Shown in pieces: positions 1 to 9,800 of a stretch of 64,000 bases of DNA. The position numbers were made by a program, and so were the translations under genes. Below the pieces are notes generated by a model. It worked only from the letters and a program-made list of their open reading frames with translations. It searched no databases and was not told where the DNA came from. Source of the DNA: Candidatus Poribacteria bacterium (GTDB lineage Bacteria > Poribacteria > WGA-4E > PCPOR2b); contig OZ242326.1 in NCBI GenBank assembly GCA_965208325.1, positions 2,272,001 through 2,336,000 on the forward strand, in the 5' to 3' direction. The first letter of the stretch is position 1; the number at the start of each line of letters is the position of its first letter.

Positions 1-1
1 T

Positions 2-337
2 GTCCTTCCGGATGGAGCAGTGGTGAACAAGGTGGGTACACATCTGATTGCGCTTGCAGCCGAACGGCAAAATGTACCGGTATACGCCCTTTGCCAAACA
101 GACAAATTTCGGTCTTTAGCCCACAATAACGATTCAACAATCGAGTTAGAAGAAAAGGACGGTTCGGAGGTGATATCGGAGGGGATTCGAAAGGTAAAGG
201 TTAGAAACATCTACTTTGACGTAACACCAGCCGAGTTGATTCGCGGCATCGTCACAGAGCGCGGCATACTAACGACCAACGACGTATTACCGGTTGCTAA
301 GGAGATAGCTGAATATGAAAGTGTTTGGCAAATGTGA
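2..337 (+). CDS. eIF-2B alpha/beta/delta-like (IF-2B family; ribose-1,5-bisphosphate/MTR-1-P isomerase-like) protein, 5'-truncated by window edge
   Basis: Open frame from base 2 (VLPDGAVVNKVGT...). Family motifs NKVGT, NIYFDVTP and IVTERG are present. Confidence 0.8.
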   Translation, partial: VLPDGAVVNKVGTHLIALAAERQNVPVYALCQTDKFRSLAHNNDSTIELEEKDGSEVISEGIRKVKVRNIYFDVTPAELIRGIVTERGILTTNDVLPVAKEIAEYESVWQM

Positions 338-420
338 GTCGGTATAAGCGATCTGCTTTGTTAATTAGGCAGATTCATAAACAACTCTCTAATCGTAAAT
401 TATTGTCAATGTTTAATTGG

Positions 421-3024
421 TTAGTTTTGTGAAGAGCGCCTAAAATCAATTCTGCGCAGAGCGATATCAAGAAGCAGCAGAAATGCAGCGATAGCAAGTA
501 GGATGCGCCAAAGATGAATCCGAATCATAACCGGATTTTCAGGTGCGCGAAACACGTCTTCGGGCGAAGGCGCGAATTTTCCGCCTGAAGCCGCGGCAAG
601 TTGTTTCAGGAGCGATTCATTTGCCGTGTGCACGAGATACTCTTCAGGATATGAGACGACCGTGCCGGTGACTTGGGTGTTGACGGATTCCCCATGCTGC
701 TTCTGCATGATGTTGACAAAATACGCTCCCATATCATTAACCGGAAAAGAGAGTTTATATTGCCCCGGCGCCGATTGAGTCATGTCCAGCGGTGTCTTCT
801 TTAGGTTGGGTTGAATGAGGGAAACATCGTTTTCGAGTTCATTGAGAAAATCACCCTCCGCGTTCAGCGCGTCCACAGTCAGATAAGCGGCTCCCCTGTC
901 CTGTTCAATGTTTGCTTGGAAGTTGCTGGCAGCGGATTTTCGCATGGTATCGCGCACCAATTGAGTCCAGAATTTTCCGTAGCCGGGCCACTCCAGCCAA
1001 TCTGTTGCCCACCGCCTCTTTGCATCAGAGGTAAACGCAACCGACCTACCTAAGCCGTATTGCCAGCTCGCTAGAATCGGATCCCCCCGGTCTGAAACCA
1101 AATAGACTTCGGCAGTCGGACGGGGGTGTGTTGAAACATAACCAAGCAGGAACGGCGCAAAATCTAGGTCAATGCCTTGCAATACTTGTGTGAATTTGAC
1201 AACCTGCGGGACAAACGGATCGTCGATTATCGCGGACTTGGAAGCGGTAACAGTCTCTTTGGCGAATATCTGGGGGATGCTGTAGGCGTCTTGTGTAAAG
1301 TAAGCTCGCCCGTTGCCCCAATCTGCGATGTTTGACATCAAGTTCATATCGGCGCCACTGCCGATGCCCACAGTCGAAACCGTGATCCGCTCGCCGCGCA
1401 TCGAATTCACAATACCGTACCAATCGCCCTGTTGCGAATGTCCGTCGCTGAGGACGATGACGTGTTTAAGTTTGGCTTTGGTCTCGGTCAAAGCGAGATA
1501 CGCCTGTTGAAGTGCGGGATAGAGGTTGGTACCACCACTCGCGCGGATTGAGCCGATTTGGTCGGATAGATAGAGTTTGTCCGCTGCGGTGTGCATCTCG
1601 GCGATCCAGTGCGGCGACCCATCAAATGCGATTACCCCGAGTTTATCTCGCCGCCCAAGCAGTTCGACCGTTGCGCGTGCGGCTTCTTTAGCCAATTCAA
1701 CCTTAATTCCCGACATACTTCCTGACTTGTCAATTACCAGAACCATTCCAATGCTTGGGGTCTCCTTCTTCTTTTCTGTGTCGGTACGCACCGGTAAAAT
1801 CTCCTCAATCGGTGTTTTATAGTAACCCCCAAGCCCGAAGCTGTTTTCACTTCCTAACATCATGAACCCTCCGCCAAGGTCTTGGACATATGTGCGGATG
1901 AGCTCCATCTGCCTCTGATTCAATCGGTTGGCGGGCACGTCACCAAAGAGCAACAGGTCATAATTCTGAAGGTCCGACAGTTGGTTGGGAACGCCCAAAC
2001 CGTTGCGGACATTGACTTGAATGTCCACATCCTCAAGTACACGAACTAGATGCCGCGCCTGTGATTCGTTCTCATCGATTACCAGCACCTTCGGCGTGCC
2101 GGAAACAACAACGATGCCGAGCGCATGATTGTTGTCGTAGCGTGTGTCCTGAATCGAGCGGCAGATCGCGTCGAAGGTCAACATACCGCTCTCAGCCGCG
2201 GTTTGATCGAAACTGAATCGGTTTTCGCCCGCCTTTAACCGTACCTCCCTTTTGGCGACCTCGAACTTATTTTTGTGTAGGCGAATCTCCGCGAAATCCT
2301 CGCGGTTGCTGTGGATGTGCACTTCCAATTGGAAAGGTTCACCCTGTTTGACCTGCGCCGGTGCATCAAGCCGCTTCATCACAACTTCCGGCACATCGCT
2401 CGGGTAAATCGGCACGGCATCAAGTTGCACGCCGAAGGTTTTTCCGCGTAACCCTGCCCGAATTCCATTGCCGTGGGTTTCTGTTCCGTCGCTAATTAGC
2501 ACGATTCGCCTGTTTGTGTCGGCGGGGAAAATTCCCCACGCCATCTCGATACCTTGCGCGATATCGGTAGCATCTCCAGCGCCTTCATCCCCTGCCAGCC
2601 ATTCTTCCCGCGTTTCAGCCAGTTTAAATGCTCCGATCGTTGTCGGTTCGTTGTTGGTATCCCTAAAATTTTCATCGGTAAAGTCCCGAATGACCTGTAC
2701 GTGGTTAGTAAACGCCACAACACTTGCGCTGTCGCTGCCACGGTGTTCTATCGCTGTGTCAATAAATTTTTGCGCTTCTTCCAACCCATCGTCCGATATA
2801 CTGTCCGATATATCTGCGAGGAAAACGACCGCTAGTCTATCGTCAGTTTTTAAGAATTGGAGTCCAGCGAGGCTAAGGATGAGCAGGATAATGATGATAC
2901 AACGCAGAGCAAAGCTGACTCGACGCTGCCAGCGGCCTAGATCGACGAGGCTACGGCGGTGACCGTAGTAAAGCAGAGGCAATAGAAGCAGTAAGAAAAG
3001 TAGGTAGGGGCGTGCAATTTCCAT
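421..3024 (-). CDS. VWA domain membrane protein (BatA-like N-terminus, two VWA/MIDAS regions, glutamine-amidotransferase-like domain)
   Basis: DISDS and DKSGSM MIDAS motifs, SDG motifs, GGGFMMLG...SFGLGGY, and N- and C-terminal TM helices. Start set at ATG 3024 (MEIARP) rather than ORF-track 3069. Confidence 0.8.
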   Translation of the reverse strand: MEIARPYLLFLLLLLPLLYYGHRRSLVDLGRWQRRVSFALRCIIIILLILSLAGLQFLKTDDRLAVVFLADISDSISDDGLEEAQKFIDTAIEHRGSDSASVVAFTNHVQVIRDFTDENFRDTNNEPTTIGAFKLAETREEWLAGDEGAGDATDIAQGIEMAWGIFPADTNRRIVLISDGTETHGNGIRAGLRGKTFGVQLDAVPIYPSDVPEVVMKRLDAPAQVKQGEPFQLEVHIHSNREDFAEIRLHKNKFEVAKREVRLKAGENRFSFDQTAAESGMLTFDAICRSIQDTRYDNNHALGIVVVSGTPKVLVIDENESQARHLVRVLEDVDIQVNVRNGLGVPNQLSDLQNYDLLLFGDVPANRLNQRQMELIRTYVQDLGGGFMMLGSENSFGLGGYYKTPIEEILPVRTDTEKKKETPSIGMVLVIDKSGSMSGIKVELAKEAARATVELLGRRDKLGVIAFDGSPHWIAEMHTAADKLYLSDQIGSIRASGGTNLYPALQQAYLALTETKAKLKHVIVLSDGHSQQGDWYGIVNSMRGERITVSTVGIGSGADMNLMSNIADWGNGRAYFTQDAYSIPQIFAKETVTASKSAIIDDPFVPQVVKFTQVLQGIDLDFAPFLLGYVSTHPRPTAEVYLVSDRGDPILASWQYGLGRSVAFTSDAKRRWATDWLEWPGYGKFWTQLVRDTMRKSAASNFQANIEQDRGAAYLTVDALNAEGDFLNELENDVSLIQPNLKKTPLDMTQSAPGQYKLSFPVNDMGAYFVNIMQKQHGESVNTQVTGTVVSYPEEYLVHTANESLLKQLAAASGGKFAPSPEDVFRAPENPVMIRIHLWRILLAIAAFLLLLDIALRRIDFRRSSQN

Positions 3025-3259
3025 TGTAGTCTGTTGGTTTCCATTAATATAGAAACCGTTCGACAGCACTTAAGTATACTGCGAAAAATGCAGGGCATAG
3101 CTAAGGTGGGAAATTCAAAAGCGCAGCGCACTTTAATCCACCATCTTATTCGCGCAATAACCTCCCTGCCTCTTCAGCCAACTGATTTGCGACTTAAACA
3201 CGACGGTCAACTTAACTGCCGAGGCGTACTTGCTATTGCGCCCCGAATGCTGGAAAGAA

Positions 3260-3616
3260 TCATTTATGAATGATTTGGTCTTGCAAGGGGATAATCGTAT
3301 AAGGAATGCCGTAGGCCTCTCCCCTTACCGAACCTTTGGGGAGTTCGTGTACGTCCGAAAGTGGATGCGATGGAATTATAATGTGCGGCAAGGTGGGAGA
3401 TAAACTTTGTCCACTTTCAAGTCTACCGACACGTTTTTTAAGAACTTCAAGCTCTTTTTGTAGTCCATTTATCTGCGAAATGAGGTCTTTTGTTTCCGAT
3501 TCAGAGGCTTTCTCATTTCCCAATATTGTGAAATTGGATGTAATCAAGAAGACGAACAATACTATCCCGATCGCAGCCGAAATTGTAAGTAACCGCCCTG
3601 TTTTCATGTTTCCCAT
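3260..3616 (-). CDS. Small hypothetical protein with N-terminal TM/signal and short coiled coil
   Basis: 118-aa ORF co-oriented with neighbours, with a hydrophobic N-terminus and heptad segment LISQINGLQKELEVLKKRVGRLE. Confidence 0.6.
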   Translation of the reverse strand: MGNMKTGRLLTISAAIGIVLFVFLITSNFTILGNEKASESETKDLISQINGLQKELEVLKKRVGRLESGQSLSPTLPHIIIPSHPLSDVHELPKGSVRGEAYGIPYTIIPLQDQIIHK

Positions 3617-3724
3617 CCTTCGAGTTGTTTTTGAGTCCCGTGAATTCAGAGTCCATACGGTAACTTTCGACTAGTGAAGTGAATAGTGGAATACACATTT
3701 GATATATTCTGAGTCTCGCGGTTC

Positions 3725-5188
3725 CTACTCCTCAATTGGTTTGATGGACTCGAAATACCGCTTTACGTAGAACTTGTAACCCAACGGAATCTGTTCTTGA
3801 GCGAGTGCATCCTCGGAAAACTTTTGGTACTTAGTGTAAGCCTCTTCATAACTTTCCACGGTCTGCGTCCCCGCAGACTCCGGATCTTCATTGACAAGTG
3901 TTTGAGTAATCTCTTCAATTGTTGAATCTCCGTCACCTTGTACGCCGGTGATTCGCTCTAATTGAAGAGAACTATCAAGCTTGGTCAACGCGCCGAGTGG
4001 ATTGGTATCTGTTGCAGTGCCTATTCCATTGGCAGGGCGATTCCCATTCGCAGCGCATACGCCAGCAATGCCTGCTTTACAAGCCTGACATTGAGCCTTA
4101 AGCATCGCCAACAGCGAGTTACACTTTTTCGTGCCTGCGCAATCCGACAGCTTCTGAGCAGCATCCAGTAATTTCTTATTAGCGATTTTCAAATCACTCT
4201 TCCCTACTGCGCGCCCGGCTTGAGCCAGGTCTGTTCCCAATGAATCGCACTGCGTCCCTTGCAAACTTGACCCGCCGCGTTCAAGTGCGTCGGAGACATT
4301 TTGGCGTTGCTCTGCATCAAACGATTTGAGTTTTTGGGATAACTTGAACAATCTCTCGGCGGACTTTTCATATTGACCTGACTTTAACGCCTGTCCGAAG
4401 TCGCTCAAATTGGGGTTTTCGGCAAGCTGTTCGCCGAGTGACTGCAACAAGGCATCCATCTTGGCAACGTCCTCAAGATTCATCTGCGATTGCAGCGCCG
4501 CGTCAATTTCGGTCAACTTGGCGAGCGCTTCTTTCGGCGTGATGTTTTCTTTCTTTAGTTCAAGGATTCTCTCTTTAATCTCTTCTACCAAGTCTTCCAG
4601 ACCGGTTTGTTCCGCTTCTTCCTCAACCCTTTCAATTTGTTCTAGTAGGTGATCGGCTTCCGCGGCTATTTGCGGCGAAAAGTCAAGTGTCGCGGGCGCT
4701 TCAGCTGGGGTAAAAAATTCAATGTAGGAAAATGCCAACGCCATAATTATTACCAACGCGGCAAACTTGGTTTCACGCGGGATAGAATAGCTAACAACCT
4801 CACTCGCCGGCACTTTTTGCAGTCGGTCAGAGGCATCTTTGAGTTGCAACGCGGTCAAGACTTCATCGGTCTGTTGTTGCATGAACTCAAGTCCGCTCGC
4901 CGCACGATCTTTCAAGGAGGCTTTGGCATCAATAGTCTGCGCAGCGGTTTGAAGATTGATTGGACGAAATAGGCTTGCAATTATTCCAATGGCTGAGATG
5001 CCTAGTGCTACCCAAATTAGGACGACGGGGGAAACATCAAACGTCGCGATAAAGCTATCGACGACAAACAACGGCACACATAGTATCATGCCCCAAAAAA
5101 GAAATCTTGCCAGAATTTTGAACGTCCTTTGTACGTTCAGTCGGCGGCGCACTTTGCGAATTTTTTCGATAATCAATTCTTCAGGCAT
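3725..5188 (-). CDS. Membrane-anchored coiled-coil protein of the type found beside VWA/MoxR loci
   Basis: N-terminal TM helices, a long helical region and C-terminal IPLGYKFYVKRYF motif; AAGGAG RBS upstream. Confidence 0.7.
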   Translation of the reverse strand: MPEELIIEKIRKVRRRLNVQRTFKILARFLFWGMILCVPLFVVDSFIATFDVSPVVLIWVALGISAIGIIASLFRPINLQTAAQTIDAKASLKDRAASGLEFMQQQTDEVLTALQLKDASDRLQKVPASEVVSYSIPRETKFAALVIIMALAFSYIEFFTPAEAPATLDFSPQIAAEADHLLEQIERVEEEAEQTGLEDLVEEIKERILELKKENITPKEALAKLTEIDAALQSQMNLEDVAKMDALLQSLGEQLAENPNLSDFGQALKSGQYEKSAERLFKLSQKLKSFDAEQRQNVSDALERGGSSLQGTQCDSLGTDLAQAGRAVGKSDLKIANKKLLDAAQKLSDCAGTKKCNSLLAMLKAQCQACKAGIAGVCAANGNRPANGIGTATDTNPLGALTKLDSSLQLERITGVQGDGDSTIEEITQTLVNEDPESAGTQTVESYEEAYTKYQKFSEDALAQEQIPLGYKFYVKRYFESIKPIEE

Positions 5189-5357
5189 TTTGCTCTCCTT
5201 TTGGTTTCAATCGCGTGTAAAGCAGGTGCATCCGATAGTTGAGGCGAGGCGACAATCCAAATAAGGGATTTTGATGTTTAAAATACCACTTACAAACGAA
5301 CTTGTCAAATCAAATTTATGACACTCGAATTTAACTAAAACGATGACGGCCGCACGG

Positions 5358-6818
5358 TTATTTCTGTGTATCTTGTTCGCCGAGAGACAGTATAGGTTTC
5401 ATCTCAAAGTTGATGTTAGATGTCGTTTCACCTGACCTGACCAGTGTTTTGGCGCCCGCGCGAGCGTAGGGATATTTTGAAGCAATAACCTCGAATTCGC
5501 CGACGGGAACTCCTTCAACGATATACATCCCAGACTCATCTGAAGACGTTTCGAGTCCAAAAGAATAGCCACCTCGGCGAACCTCAATTTTGGCATTGGC
5601 GATTGGTGTTTGGTTTTCGGCGTCTTTGACCTCTCCAGAAATGCTGCCATGTGCAAAGACGTCTACCCAACCTACTCGTGCTTCTACAGGAATCCCAGTA
5701 TCATCCGGCGTAGATAGGCGAAGGTTTTGTAAACTGACCGCGCTTCCGCCAGCCGTTACAGGCTTAAAGGTCACAACGACAAGCGGTCCTGTGCTTTTCA
5801 CTAAACCTTCTACCCCGGATCGGCGGCATGTGATGCCTGTGATGAGTCCATCATCATTGTTTATCACGGGGGCATTCCAAATTGTTGCCGCGCCGTCCTG
5901 ATTCAAGAACGTCCCTTCCGCGATGTCGATTGCTTGTAGAATTGACGGCTCGAAAGCAATGTCGAAACTGAATTTGTGAATATTCTCACCTGGCAGTCGG
6001 GCGAAGACTGTAATGGGAATGGAGTCAGCATCAGGGCTGACTACTGTCTTCCCAACGCTCACATTCCTGGCGAAGGCACGGTTGATTCCGCCCATCAGCG
6101 TTCTAATATCGTTCTCGCTCAAGGCGACGTTGAAAACCGCGAATTCGTCTATGAGACCGTCAAATGAGGAATCTAATCGACCGCCGATTTGTAAATCCCC
6201 ATTCCGTGGAGTATAGCGACTCGCTTCACTGGTCGACGCGATTTCGGAGCCATTTCTGTAAATCTTCATGAACTTGCTTGGAATGCTGTAAGTAAATGCC
6301 CAGTGTTCCCATTTGCCGACGGAATCCAGCGGGCGATCTACTGTGACTTGATTCCAACCATATTGCCAATGAATGGCGTTATATATGGGACGGTTCCAGG
6401 GAAAGTGGATTGCGCAACGATCAATTAGCCTCGACCCGGCGGGGCTTATGCTGTTAAGCGGCATTAGGCAGATAAGGTCTTGATTCTTAACCCCCTTTAG
6501 TTTTACCCATGCCATAATGGTCACTTCCTCACTCGGGAGTGCTTCTCCAAATCTAGGAATCTCGACAATATCGCCAAATCCGTCTAAATCCAACGCCATT
6601 CCGAACTTTCCCGGAGCCCAATTCGGATCGCCAGTGAACGTCCCATCATGACCATTCCCCGAAGAATCTATGGCGATTTCACTTGAGCTGTCATCAAATA
6701 ACCAGACGCCAACCGCTGAGTCGGGATCGACAGCGCCAGTGCTAACACCAGGTAAAATCAACGTGATGGCCAACAAACATACAAGGATTAGCGTAAATTG
6801 CGCCATTATTGTTTTCAT
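5358..6818 (-). CDS. Secreted LamG-like jellyroll + cohesin-like + carboxypeptidase-regulatory-like domain protein
   Basis: Signal peptide. LamG motifs (GVWLFDD, DSSGNGHDG, WEHWAFTY, FDGLIDEFAVFNVALS). Cohesin-like FSFDIAFEPSIL...EGTFL...GPLVVVTF. C-terminal GSISGEVKDA...PIANAKI. Confidence 0.75.
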   Translation of the reverse strand: MKTIMAQFTLILVCLLAITLILPGVSTGAVDPDSAVGVWLFDDSSSEIAIDSSGNGHDGTFTGDPNWAPGKFGMALDLDGFGDIVEIPRFGEALPSEEVTIMAWVKLKGVKNQDLICLMPLNSISPAGSRLIDRCAIHFPWNRPIYNAIHWQYGWNQVTVDRPLDSVGKWEHWAFTYSIPSKFMKIYRNGSEIASTSEASRYTPRNGDLQIGGRLDSSFDGLIDEFAVFNVALSENDIRTLMGGINRAFARNVSVGKTVVSPDADSIPITVFARLPGENIHKFSFDIAFEPSILQAIDIAEGTFLNQDGAATIWNAPVINNDDGLITGITCRRSGVEGLVKSTGPLVVVTFKPVTAGGSAVSLQNLRLSTPDDTGIPVEARVGWVDVFAHGSISGEVKDAENQTPIANAKIEVRRGGYSFGLETSSDESGMYIVEGVPVGEFEVIASKYPYARAGAKTLVRSGETTSNINFEMKPILSLGEQDTQK

Positions 6819-6871
6819 GATTTCCTCCCGAATTGATAAACTATCTGTATGTCTGGAATTCTAACAAGGAT

Positions 6872-9800
6872 TTAATTTCGAGATTCAGCGAGGGCAGTTT
6901 TAATGTCCTCCTGAAAGACCGATTGATCTGTGTAACCTGCGTAGTGCTTCACGATTGTTCCATTCCTATCAATTAGGAACGTCGCGGGGAGGGAATCCAA
7001 GCCATCGAATTGCGCCGCCGCATCTTGGTCCGCGATGAGGTTGGGATAGGTCACTCCAAACTTCGCAACGAATGACTTCATGTCACCCTCCCCCTTTTCG
7101 TCCAATGAAATCCCCAATACTACCAGTCCGTGAGCATTGTATTGTTCATGAAGCGCCTGAAACTGGGGAATCCCCCGCACGGACGGGGGACACCATGCTG
7201 CCCAGAAGTTTAAAAGGACGACCTCACCACTGAAATCCGAAATCGAAATCTCTTCGCCGTTCAATTTGTTCAAGTCAATGGATGGTGCTGGCTTTCCTAC
7301 AACAACACCAACCTGACTTGAGCGAGACGCTGACTCGTAAAGTTCCCATAGTCCCCTAAGTGCCGCTTCTTGATCCGTCGGCGTAGTGGCGTGAAGGGCA
7401 TCTGTGCGGAGCATTGATTCAACATCGGCATCAATCTCTCCTAGCCGCTCGTAATGGTTAGCTAGTAACATGACCAACCCGTGCCGAACTTTCGGAGTCG
7501 CCTCCGATTGAATCAACTCCTTCACCTTTCCCGGTTGTCCATTGAAAAGGTACGCTTGTCCCAATATCGTCCTACTGTTCGGGCTAGGTTCCAGTTGTAA
7601 CGCACGTTCCGCCAATTCAAGCACCTTTTTAGGCAGCACCCGTTTTGTGAGCAGCTCGGATACAAGCTGGAAATACCCCCAACCACCGCGCCCCCGCCGA
7701 TTGAGTTCTTTTTGGCGGAGATCGACCCATTGGGTGTATGCGGCTTCCGCCTTTTCAGGGTCGGCTACCTCTTTGTAAGCGTCGCCGAGTATCTCGTGGA
7801 AGGCAGGACTGTCCGCCAATTGTGCTTTAAGCGCCTCAAGCGTTGCGATTCCTTCCGCCCTGCGCCCATGAGTGCTGTAAAGATTCCACATTGATGGGAG
7901 TAGCGCCCCGCGTTCTACTTCATCCTCGGAGGAGCGCACTGCGCTAAGCATTTCGGTGATGGCGGCGTCATGTTCACCGCTGCGAGTATACAAATCAACT
8001 AGCGACCGTCGTCTCTGAACGCGTTCAAGGGGGCTCTCCTCTAGTTCAATGAGCCGCTTGTAGAGAGGTATCGCCTTCTCGCGGTCGACACCCTCATACA
8101 GTACCGCCAACGGGGCCAAGATAACCGCGCTATCGGGATTCAATCCGCGTGCGAGTTCGTAAGAGGCGATTGCTTCGCCAGGCTTGTCGTTCCATTCGTA
8201 AGTTTGCGCCAAGGCGAAGTGAGTGTCCGGATCATCGGGGTTGTCGACAACTGCTTGTGTCCGCTCTGCAATCAAATCCTCATAAAGATTCCCGTCTCTG
8301 TATGCCCTGCGCATCGCGGCTTCTGCTGTTTTTCGTCCACTGTCATCTTGGGCAACGTTTGCCATCTGCTGATACGCATTGACGGCTTCCTCGTACCGCT
8401 TTGCACCGAGGTAGCTTTGGCCGAGCATGCCATACAAGCGCTCGCTTTCCCACGGACTGTACCAACTAATTGCGGCAATTGCGTCTTCGACGAGTTTGAT
8501 TGCCGGGGTATACATCTCGCCATCAAGACAAATTGACCCTACTGTGGCGAGGAACCACATGTCCTGATTGCGATTGCTGCCCGATAGTGCAACCTCGCCT
8601 TGATTAAGTAGCTCTTTCGCCATGTCTAGCTGGCCATCTTTATTGAAAGCGGCGGCCGCGTAGTAATAGCTGCGGACATTGCCAGGTTGTATTTTGCAGA
8701 GGGTTTGATACAATTCGGCAGCCTGATTGTGGTCTTTGGTGTTCCGGTGGATTTCAGCGAGCATTTCGACGACGGCCGGGTTTTCCGGTTCCGTTTCCAA
8801 CCTCTTTTCAAAGCGTGTATTCAACTGCTCTAGTTTCCCTTGGCTTCTATAGGCGTTAATCAGGGTCTCACGAGCTTCATCTCCGGCGAAGTTGACTTTG
8901 AAACCGGATGAACTGTGGCTGATTGACATACTCGATGAACCAGAACGAGACAGCATTTCGTAGAGTTCTACCGCAAGGTCATGCTCTCCAAGCTGAACGT
9001 AAATTTGCACTAATTCGTTGGAGAGCTGATTTCGCTCCCAGCTTTGGGAGGTCATGTCGAGCGCTTTCTTAAAAGCATCGACAGCTTCTTCTAATTTTCC
9101 ATCCTGCTGATAACGTCGAGCGCGTTCTTGCTGCATCTCTAAGGTGAGAGTCCCCTCCTCCTCAGCCTTTTGAAGCATCTCCTCTAATTTTCCCTGACGC
9201 CGGTAGATGTCCAGCAACTGCCGTTCAATATCACGTCGTTCCCACTCTTGTCCCGTATATTGAATGGCATCATCGAACGCCTTTTCGGCGGAATCCAGGT
9301 CATTCTTCCGGAGATAAAGTTGCGCCAATTCTCGGTACGCCTGCCCATCGCCCGGTCCAAATTCAATCGCTTTATTGAAGGATTCAATGGCATCATCAAT
9401 GTGATTCTCTGCCGCATAGACTCGTGCAAGGCGAATGTAGTGGATACCGCTATCTGCCTCGCCTTCAATGTATTTCTGGGCTAGGTCAAGCGCCTCGGGG
9501 AACCTGCCCGCTTCACGCAAGGAGTTGACAATGCCGTCTTGGTATTTTGTGTTTTCCGGGTCGGCCTCAAGCAAACCTTGCCAAGTGCCAATTGCCTTGT
9601 CGTGATTATTTTGGCGGGTATAGATGTTAGCAAGTTGCGCTCGAGATTCGAAATCTTCCGGCATTACTTGTGCGATTTGCTCGTAAATCTCCACCGCTTT
9701 GCTGAGTTCATTCTGCTGCATGTACTGCTGTGCTAACATCCGCTGCATGCCGAGATTTGCCCCTGCCATCTCTTCCAACTTTTCAGGCAGCCGTGTCGTG

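Noticed and set aside
7170..7200. Selenocysteine in the thioredoxin motif
   Set aside because: Codons are TGT-CCC-CCG-TCC with no in-frame TGA.
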